Shown here piece after piece: positions 51,763-61,600 of a DNA stretch of 64,000 nt. Within the stretch, counting starts at the first letter, position 1, and every line of letters starts with the position of its first letter. The translations under genes were made by a program, and so were the position numbers. Under the pieces are notes generated by a model. That model was given only the letters and a program-made list of their open reading frames with translations, was not told the origin of the DNA and did no database searches. Source of the stretch: Phallusia mammillata (Eukaryota); NCBI GenBank assembly GCA_965637545.1, contig OZ281494.1, positions 1,116,001 to 1,180,000 on the forward strand, read 5' to 3'.

Positions 51763-52530
51763 TTGCAGCTAAAGGCGAGCTGCTCTGGGTTTTGTAAAAG
51801 AATGACCGCTGCAGTAATAGAGGAGGCAAAAGCTTGGAAGGAACAGCGCCATCAATACGCAAGGCATTCCAAGGACAGTACAAGTAAAAAAGCAAGGAAA
51901 CTCGTTTGGGCCACGCAATTTCCAGCGCTACTGCGCCTCTCAGATAAAGAAAAGGTACTCAAACCCAACTGTATGGTGACTTACAAACGACCACCCTCAC
52001 TCCAAGAACTGTTTTTATGCCCCAGGAAACTCGCTTTAGGGCGACTAAATCATTGCGCCCCATCAGGATGCTACCCCTGCGGGCGTTGTGCCCTGTGTGG
52101 CAACCATGGTAGCCACAAAATCGGCATGGTTAAATGTAGCGCATATCTACAAACCTCGATGCGCAGATTTAAGATCTCCCAACATCTAACATGTAGGAGT
52201 TATGGCATTTATGTCGCCACTTGCCTTTTATGCCATGAACAATATGTAGGCCAAACAAAAAATCGGTTTGCCACCCGGTGGTCGGGTCACCGCGCCATTT
52301 GGGCGAAGTTTGACACTTCGCAGCGCAATGACGGGACGGCGCTTTTGCACCACTTTAAAGACCGTCACCCCAACGAGTTTGCAAAAAAAACACCTATGGA
52401 AAGTTGTTATTGTGTCGCCTTTGTTGAACAACCACGTACTGCGGACCTGGATTTAGCCGAAGACAGATGGCTGAATAAAATTGATGCAAAAATTAACATT
52501 AAAAAAATGGTTTTACCCAGGTGTAAGTGA
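51763..52530 (+). CDS. C-terminal part of a Penelope-like polyprotein: linker, Cys motif and GIY-YIG endonuclease
   Basis: YKRPPSLQELFL linker, PCGRCALC, LTCRSYGIYVATCLLCHEQYVGQTKNRFATRWSGHR, ALLHHFKDRH, E..W...I. The frame stays open back to the inversion junction (~51729); the RT domain is absent. Confidence 0.85.
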   Translation: MQLKASCSGFCKRMTAAVIEEAKAWKEQRHQYARHSKDSTSKKARKLVWATQFPALLRLSDKEKVLKPNCMVTYKRPPSLQELFLCPRKLALGRLNHCAPSGCYPCGRCALCGNHGSHKIGMVKCSAYLQTSMRRFKISQHLTCRSYGIYVATCLLCHEQYVGQTKNRFATRWSGHRAIWAKFDTSQRNDGTALLHHFKDRHPNEFAKKTPMESCYCVAFVEQPRTADLDLAEDRWLNKIDAKINIKKMVLPRCK

Positions 52531-52707
52531 CGTGTGTTTTCCTTCGCCTTACACTTTTGCGGTTTTTATCTTTCGCGCGTTTCTTATCTTACATTGTATT
52601 GCGTGTTCACAGTTAGTTTAGTTTGCTAGGCTTTCAGTTGTGGAGTGACCGTGTTTGTTAAAGAACTATTGGCTTTTTTAATTTTAATCCCTTTTATTGC
52701 TTTCTGT

Positions 52708-52746
52708 AGACACTGAAGATGCTTTTTTCGCGAAATATATTTGTTT
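52708..52746 (+). ncRNA. Candidate minimal type I hammerhead ribozyme in the PLE terminal repeat
   Basis: AGACA-CUGAAGA-U-GC(UUUUUUC)GC-GAA-AUAUAU-U-UGUUU: 5-bp helix I (one G.U), conserved core, 2-bp helix II, palindromic helix III. Confidence 0.55.
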
Positions 52747-53418
52747 TTTAAAAGATTGTCAACTGATTTCAGCCTGGAAATAAAGATTTCCCAAACTTGC
52801 AATGATAATATTGCTAACAATATTTCTCTGCTGAAAACACATTATTTGCTTTTTCAGATGTGTTTTGAAGTTAGATTATGAAAAGTCTAATAAACGAACC
52901 CACACTTCTGCAAGATCAAACCTAATGCATTCTTATATAAATACCGTATCTTTTGCATTTAAAGTGTAAATTCGTACCTGTGTTTACGACGTATAAAGAT
53001 GATCACCAGCCCAACAATGACAAGTACCAGAAGCAACAGCCCGATCACCAGACCAGTAATCATTCCAACACTTACGGCAGGATTTGAGTTATCTCCAGGA
53101 AAACAACGTGGGTGAGGATTACCCAGTGTTGTTACTATTAGATTGGATGTGATATCTGTGTTGATTGAACCAGTGACAATTACTGTGACCTTTGATATAA
53201 AATAAGAGTGTTTGGGCGCACCAAATTATAAGAACTGTGCTTACCAGGATTTCATACAAGGTAGGGTTACATTCTTTGGTAATTATTTTACACATAGTTG
53301 TTTAGTGGCCTATCGGATTCAATTCTGCCATCAAACGAAAAGCATTGAATTCATGAATGAAATAAATGATTGTCTGTCGTTTAAAATATTTCAGGCAAAG
53401 TGGCAGGCGACCCCAATT

Positions 53419-53463
53419 GGACAGATATTGCATGACGACCGAGTAGCGGTATTTGTACAGTTC
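53419..53463 (-). pseudogene. Relic of the last exon of a phosphatase-type gene
   Basis: cag|GAACTGTACAAATACCGCTACTCGGTCGTCATGCAATATCTGTCC = [15 protein letters not shown], after which homology stops. Confidence 0.8.
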
Positions 53464-54410
53464 CTGCACAGTTTAATCAAACCTTACAATCTACGGTTTC
53501 TTGCGCAACAATACAATAGAAAAATAAAAGTGAAAGTGGTCATATGAGTCAAGCGCTCATCGTAATAAAATGATACCATATGTTACTATGTCATATGAAA
53601 TGTCAAAAGCAACATGCAAAGCAAACAATATTTCAACTTTAACCTCAAACTCATTCCGCTTTATTTCACATGTAACCTAACGACATCTTTTTCACTGCTT
53701 TCTCCTAAAACAAATGAATAGGGTCAGCTTCTAAAATTGTGGTTTGTTTCAACGCTTGTTTTGCATGTTTACCTGTATATTACCCGTCTTCTTTATTGAA
53801 ATTGGTCGCTGAAACAAACAAACTAAATCGATTAATTGATTGACTGGAGTTTACTTACGAGAGATCTGTGAAATGAACAACATTATTTTAGTTTGTTTTC
53901 CGCTGACATTTTATAATTAAAACGTTCAAGCAGTGATTTATTTCGCAATGTTTGGTGATTATTCTAAGCGTTTTCAGTTATTGCTCTATTCAGCGTTTTC
54001 AGTTCAGTTCAGTTGTTCGTAAACATTGTTGACATTCTACCTAGACTGGCCTTGGAAAATCTCAAACTGTGACATGCACAATCTTCGTGCGTTCCTCATT
54101 TTTATTTCAAAATGTAGTTGCTCGTAATTAAGTTGATGCAAACCGTCACAAAATCTGTAATTACTGCAACAACAATGACAACAAATTGTTATTATCTTGG
54201 AAAAAGTTACACTTTGCAAACCATTGACAAATAATGAAACAAAGTAAATACAAGCAATGCAGCTTTGGAACTTTACATAACTTAGTTTCCTAGCCATTTA
54301 ACATAATGCAGTTTATTACAAGGAATAAAAATGAGCGACACTACACAGACATTTAAACTGAAAAATTAAGCGGTTACAACAAATAACAAAATAAAACAAA
54401 AATAAACTAG

Positions 54411-57400
54411 TTATGTTATTGTTTCGTATGTAGGGTTTTCATTTGTTGGTTTGTAGTTTTCGTACTCATGTTCATCTGTAGTCTTGTCTGTAGTGTTTCT
54501 GCAAAACAGATTGTACAACCCATTGTTAACAGTTTGAAGGTTTTAACTCATAGAATAAGTTATTGGATGAGTAATGTGCTGGGTTTAAACTTTGTACGAT
54601 AAACTTGAGTTATTACGGTGCAAATTTTCCTTACCTTCGTTACTCTGATGTGGAAACTGTTCGTGAGTCTCTTGTTTTCCAGATATTCTGTGGAAACATA
54701 TTTCGCTTATTATGATGCAATGTGGGAATAACGAGTGTTTAGAATCGAAAGTTAGTTGGGTGGAAGCGCAATCTGACCAAGGGTTTGTGGTTCTAATCCC
54801 TGACCGTTTCGATTTTGAACAAAGTAAAAAAAAAATAGCTCAGTTGTTGGAACAAAAATAATTAAAACAGCTGCTGTTGCATGCACCTGCGTCTTCGGCG
54901 AATAAACATGACTATTAGCCCAACAGTGACAAGTAGCAGAAGCAACAAGCCGACCACCAGACCAGCAATCATTCCAACATTCGTTGCAGGATTGGCTCCA
55001 GGAAAACAGCTTTGAGGGGGATTACCCGGAGTTGTTACTGTCAGATTGGATGTGATGTTTGTGTTGATTGAACCAGTGACAATCACAGTGACCTGCAATA
55101 CAAAGATGTTTTGTTGTTGTACGTGAAAAACTATAATGGCATGTGTCAAAAACCGATGGATTATAATTCTACAAAAAGTTACTTACAACAATATGGTATG
55201 AAGTAGAAAGCTGGAGATCTTGTATTATTGTCGTGTTATCTGAATACGGGACGGAGATAGTTTGATTCAAACTCATGACAACAATCTGAACCTGAAGCAA
55301 GGTACAATTTGATTCAATAATTTATGTTTGTCGACTGGAAATCAAACCAAATCAAGACACAATATATTTTGTACATGTGCTGTTAAATTGTTGTTGTTGA
55401 TGAATTGATCAAGTCCAGTCCAACTGACAAGCACAGTTGAAGCGTTGCATGCAAATGTCTCTGCGGTCGTTTTTACTGCAAAATTTTGTTTGGAAATATT
55501 TAGAAATGAAATCCAATAAGTAGCACGTTTGCTTACCTGTGACCTGAAAATATTAAACAGTAGACCTAAATAACTATGAAGCGACTGCATGTCTTCACTT
55601 CAAACATTAGATTATCAAGGTCTGGGCTTCAAAGTATTTCGGAAACTGATACGATGCTCCTGCATGTGAAAAACAAACAATTTGTACCTACTATACTGTG
55701 CTTACGGTGATGTTATAGTTAGTGGCAAAACTGAGGTTTTCAATGGTTGTCGACAGAATAGCGTATGGTGCCATGAATTTTCTGTTCATGTCCAAAACAC
55801 AAATTTCAACCTAAATAAAACATTTGTTAAAATCAAGAACGAATGTAATAAACTATATATCACCTCGGCATAAAGTTTGTTGTTGCGGATGAACTGATCA
55901 AGTCCAGTCCAAGTGACCACCACAGTTGAAGGGTTGCATAGAAATGTATGCATTGTCGCTTTAACTAGAAAAAATTTGAATTATTCGTTCATAAAAAGTA
56001 TATTGTCTATAAAAATATGTGAAAAACATATTTGCAAAAAAACCATTGGATCACAAAATAATGTCAAGAATACGTTTATTTGCTTTTGCTCACTTAACTG
56101 GTTACTTGAAACTACTCACGTTTCACTTGGCAAGCGTAGTAAGCCGATTCACCACTGCAGTTCATGCGTGACTGCTCCCATCCGATCCCATAATGCAACG
56201 CTCCCTGCTGGCAAGTTGTAACGTTGGAAACGGAAAAGTTTGCCGGAGATCCGTCGCCCCAGCACCAACCATTTAACGACGTGTTGTAACGAACTCCGAC
56301 GAAAACGTTAATGTCTGGAAAAAAATTACCAATAGTATTTTTAAAGCGAACGGTTTTGTCGGCGTTTCCAAATGTTTGGAGACCGAACGCTCACTTGGTG
56401 CCAAGAACGATCCTTCATATCTTGTAAAAGTTTGATACGTCTCATTGACACTTCTTAACTTGTTTGAAAGTGGCTGTGTGGTGCTTCCATAGTTAAATAT
56501 GTCTTTTTGATGCTTTCTTGTGTCAGTGTCAGAAAACAAGGAATATTGTAATGTCCATCCTGCAAACAATCATTATCATTTAAGGTTCAAAAAGCCTTCT
56601 TAAAACAGCTTTTGACTTGGCTAACGTAATAAAGTAAAAATTGAAATGTGTAAGTTAAAATGAGATCGATGACAAACTGGTAACAGTAAAGAGCTTACTG
56701 TTTTAGTTATTGACCTAAAAACAGAAAATCATTTTCAATTTTCACCATTTGTTTATTCTGATATTTAGATGCTTGATAGGCACAAACGATTTGCAAATGT
56801 TGATTTGTCTTTTGATGTTTAGCATCAACGTTTCATAGTGTGTCAGAAAAAAATGCATAGCTTTTAAAAACGCAAACCATTCCATTTCCCGTTGGCCATA
56901 AGTTCTTCACAATTGCCTCCAATTGTCACATTCCACCTCAGGTCATTGGGATTAAGTTCATAATTGCAGAAGTAAACTGTTTGACTCGTGTTTTCGGGAT
57001 TGCTGTTGGAAAAATCGTATGGTTTGAGCTTAAATTTTGTTTCTGTCCAAGGTGTTACCTTTTGTACAAGTCGAAATACCATAGATGTCCGAGAGATTTT
57101 GTACTTTTCCAGAAGTTCACTTCAGCCGAATCATATGAGTACTTATAATGTTTACCGGTTTCTATTCCGTAAAAAATATAAACCCGCTGCAAATCTAAAA
57201 CAACAATAAAAGTCTGTTTGTAAAACATGTGATGATTTAGTGACAATGCAAACAAGATTTTGACTTGACTTGACTATACCGTGTTCCTAAAAGTGTTATC
57301 TTGCATCAAATTAAACCTGTCGTGTATTTGTCTGTCATGAGTTGAGTGAGCGTTTTGTTGATCTGTGGGTCATCAGTCATTGCAAGATTTCCACCCAGCA

Positions 57401-57626
57401 AAGAACATTTCTTCTGTGCAGTGTTTGCATCCACAAGATCGTCAGATAATATCAACACACTGTCCTCCTCTTCTTGATGAGTCTTTGTACAACCTGACAA
57501 AAAATATTTCTTACAGTTTTCGTGGATTTCATAATATAGTTGGTTTCGAGGCAACTTACTGTTGTGTTGAGTAAATGAGCATCGAACAAGAACCAACAAC
57601 ACCACGATCTTCCAACCACAAATCAT
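54411..57626 (-). CDS. G2: CTLD-CTLD-FN3x2-TM receptor with short tyrosine-motif tail (no phosphatase)
   Basis: Signal exon 57560-57626 (MICGWKIVVLLVLVRCSFTQHN). CTLD exons 57318-57495, ~57060-57196, ~56880-57008, ~56390-56560 and ~56115-56313. FN3 exons 55955-55185 include a 7-nt microexon. TM exon ~54887-55092; tail exon ~54635-54687; last exon ends ...EHEYENYKPTNENPTYETIT* (the acceptor choice is ambiguous). Confidence 0.72.
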
Positions 57627-58644
57627 GGCTAACAGTGAGAGATCAACAAAATCTTCTAGTTATATACGGTGTCACTCTTGGTAAAAAGGTTCCAATTATC
57701 TCAAATACCTTAACCCTCCCTTGGTTTTATATCTGATAGGCATTACGTGATTTCCACTCACAGTAGAAACGAAAGTCCTTGTGTCCTCCGACGAGGCATC
57801 GTCTGACACCTTGGTTTTTATCAACAGGTCAAGTGGTTTTTGTTTGATAGCAAGGAGTGACACCTCGACCCGCTATTGAATAAACATTGGCTTGTTGGTC
57901 GCAGTGATATCATGTTTAGTATAGACACGCAATGGTTGAAAGATTTATTTTTGCTGTGTTTTGTACCAGCCATATTGTGTGAACTCTGTAGATGTTATTT
58001 GGAAAATCAATATAAGCTCCGTAGTTGGGTTTATCTGAAAGCCCATGTGCCCAATATGAAGAATAAAAGGATGTTGTGAGGGTTCCAAAAACCTGCTCAA
58101 TGACCTACAGCCAAATTCAAACATCAGCCATCATGATTTGCCACAAAGGGCTTGTCTGTCTCTCAACGTTTTACAGCGAGATTAACCACATAAAAACCTC
58201 AACCGAAACATTAGATTGATTCTATCTTGCTGCTTTACTCAACTAAGTTATAAATACCACCAGTTTAAATTTCTGACATGAAAACTTGATTTTAGCTTTT
58301 ACCGGCAAGCAAAGATTTCATTGCGTTGATTATTGTAGCGGTATATCTTACGAGCAAACCTCAGATTAATTAGTTATTGCATTGTATACAACAATAATTT
58401 TCTGCACAAGTTTTTTTTTGTGGTGATGACCCAGAAATGTTTGCCTCAAGGCAAAATACTGGGAATTTAAGTTTCAACAAATCTTACACAGTTTAATTAT
58501 TTTACGACAAACGCTGCAACACATATCCCGGAGATTGCAGATCAGCATTGTTAAACAACAATTGTTGCAAACATTACAGAGTACATTGCAACAAACAAAA
58601 GCAAATGCTTAATATCTTTGATAATGTCGTTGTCGGTGTGCAGA

Positions 58645-61600
58645 TCATTGGAAGTTTGAATATGTGTCGAAATCAGACAGATATTGCATGACGACCGAGT
58701 AGCAGTACTTGTACAGTTCCTTAACAACATATCACAAGTTAAAAAGATGTCCAATTGTCTAGCCACTCAGCCTTAAAAGCATTACCTTGTTGTCAACCAT
58801 ATTCGGTCTCATATCTCTCAGGTCTTTTACAGTTCGGAATACATCCACCCGCTTTTGTGCTTTCAAACGATCGAGAATGTTCACCAGAGCGATGAAGGTT
58901 CCAGTTCTTGATGATCCGTTGCTAGAAAACATGTCAATATCATTTTTTTTTGTGTACTTATTGATGATTTTTAAAAACTGTCATTAGAATTGCACTTGTA
59001 CATTCAATTCATAACTAAAATTGTTGCAGCGAATCTGGTTGCTCTGTGTAAAATGTAATCGAATGTTACCTGCAGGCAACCAGCACATAAGGGCAGTTCT
59101 GTTTGGCCTTTAGTCGTTGCATTTCCTCAATAATTTTGATGAAATCCATTTCTTTCGGGGGTCGTTCCACGTCATTTCATCCCTTTACTTGCATAAGCAT
59201 CAATTGAATATCAGTCTGAAAACAGGTGAAACTATGTTTGATTATGCAACGTTTTAAAGCCGGTCTTGAAAAGCAAAAAAAAAAACACACGTGGTTTTCA
59301 TTCAATTGCTATGTGGTGCTATTTGTTTCTGGGCGCTTTCGTATTCTAATACATTATTTAATGCCAAATGGTTTACACACATTTGACCACAACTAAAATT
59401 GTTCGGTTATGAGTAATATTATTTCAAAGTTATCAACTTACAAAGGTCTTTGTTGCAGACCAGACGTTGACAGTTATCAGATTGTGAACGTTGAATTTAT
59501 TCACATTACATACAGATACCGAAATGTCTTCATATTGTAAAGCTGCATTCATTGGAATCTAAATAAAATTTAAAGTTTTATTACGTAATGAAACTTTGCT
59601 TTAAAAAAGCGAATTTACATCAATGATATTCTCCAAATCAATGACAACCAAAGCTCTCTTCTCCACAATCATCTTCCAAAAATTTTCCCTTTCTCCAGCA
59701 GCAGGATTTTTTGCAGCGATAAAAAATTCTGAAGAACCTTGTTCCTATATTCAAAACTAGATTAAAGTGGAACAAAGAAAAGTTAGTTCACGAACAAATG
59801 TTTTGTCACAAACACAAAGATCATTTACATTCAGACGTGTAAAGCAAATAAACTTTTTGACATTTTACATGAACGGTTTGTCAATGATGTCTGTGCGTAA
59901 AAACGACTTTACTGTAAAACACATTAGTACATACGCCAACAATTGCATTTGAAATCGCGATGTGATAAGGAATTGCGTAGTTTATAAAATCACCTGAATA
60001 TACGAAGCATCCAACTGCTGTATAATCTCAAGTTTCTTGTTCCAAATTTTTACTGCCGTGTTCTTATCTGAACACAATATTTAATATGGTTGAAGGTCAA
60101 ACAATGTGAGAAATTAACTTACATGTTCTTAGCTGTGGGTGATTTTCCTGCCATTCCTCACCGAATCGCCACATTGACAATGTTTTGAATTCTTGGTCTT
60201 GCATTTCTTTGCTATAAAACAAAAGCTTTATTGCTGCTCACACGATTTCAAAGCTAGTTGTAACTGCCGTTTAAATGATAATCTCAACAAAGTGACTACT
60301 AATGTGGTACACCAACAAATCGCTTAACAGGAATTAGACTTGTAAACTGGAAAACAAGTCATGTTATTTGATCTACGAAACACAAAATGAGTTACATTTC
60401 ACTTGAGGTCATCGATTGTAGTTCTTGCACGTCTTTATCTGTTTCTGTTAAATTCTTACGCTCCGTAAGAAGTTTGTAGACGTACATGTACTGTTTCTAT
60501 AAAAATGCAAATTTAGAAACAGTTATGGTTAACGCGTTGCTGGTTTTAGCTACATTATAAAACTCTCCTCTCGAAAAGAAACATTTTGATTTTATACCAA
60601 ATTCTTTCGTGTCTTTTGGCTGTGTCTTAGTTAAGTTAGCGTTTGTTGCACATTACCGAGTTTTGAATCATGTCTGTTCGGTTTTCTCTCATTTTTAACA
60701 CAGTTTGCGGTACATCAACTGTTCCTTTGTCGTCAAGTTCATGAAACAAAGTATCCATTGCTATGTAAGTACCGGTGCGTCCCACTCCAGCACTGCATAC
60801 AAACAAGTGCTATGTTAACTGATCAAAATAACATATGGTTTTTCAAGTCTTTACCTGCAGTGCACAATGATTGGAGCATTCGTGTTTTGCAAATCATCGA
60901 CCATGTTACGTAGGTGGATCATGTTGGATGTAGTTACTGGAATCCCATGATCGGGCCAAGTTGTAAACTGCAACTGTGTTATGGTTCGTTGCTCCTGAAA
61001 CACAAACCAAGTAATTGCACGAATTATTGCGTCATATTTACATACCAAAAACGTGGCGCCCACATGTCGTTTAAAATTGTGCGATTCAAGAAAGTTTTTC
61101 CAAGACAAATACTACATTGTTGGTGGTTTACATTTTATGGTTACATTTTTGCCATTTAGCACATACCCTGGTTGTGGATAATTCGAACTGTCGATATATG
61201 ATTCCTCCTAGACTTGATTCATGTTGTGTTCGAACTTCCAAATTCGACGACAATTTGATTTTGGAGTCCATTTCCGGCCAATATTTTTCACACTTTGTCT
61301 GCATTTCAAAACTATTTAGTTATCACTGGTCAAACAATATACCGTTTTCCCCATTAACTTGTTGTAAGATTCGATTTTGCCAGTCAATGTATATTTGCCA
61401 TAATGTAAACCACAAAAAAACAAAAAAAACTCAACTTTTCCTTTTTCCACCAAGCCAGTAAGCATTACGATGATGTTGGAGTTTTCCTGCCAAACCATCA
61501 ACCAGAAATCGTTGATTGTCTCCTTCTTCGGACCCTGAGTGGCGATGAACTTCCTCTCGTTATAGTAACCCGGTATATAAGCGGCGTTGATGTAATCGTA

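Larger units (their letters stand above)
51358..52799 (+). mobile_element. 5'-truncated Penelope-like retroelement with inverted terminal repeat, inserted in a G3 intron
   Basis: ~290-bp inverted repeat 51436-51728 / 52512-52799. 14-bp TSD CAATGATAATATTG at 51344-51357 and 52800-52813. Internal GIY-YIG ORF. Confidence 0.85.
51096..53189 (-). pseudogene. G3: isolated TM exon plus two tail exons of a dual-tyrosine-tail receptor; ectodomain exons absent
   Basis: TM exon 52978-53189 ([33 protein letters not shown]), exons 51255-51322 and 51096-51199, all in phase, giving ...GANEYETVIKFEQTNQRHTYETIT*. Only a TLYEIL stub of the preceding FN3 exon survives at ~53245-53265. Confidence 0.7.
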
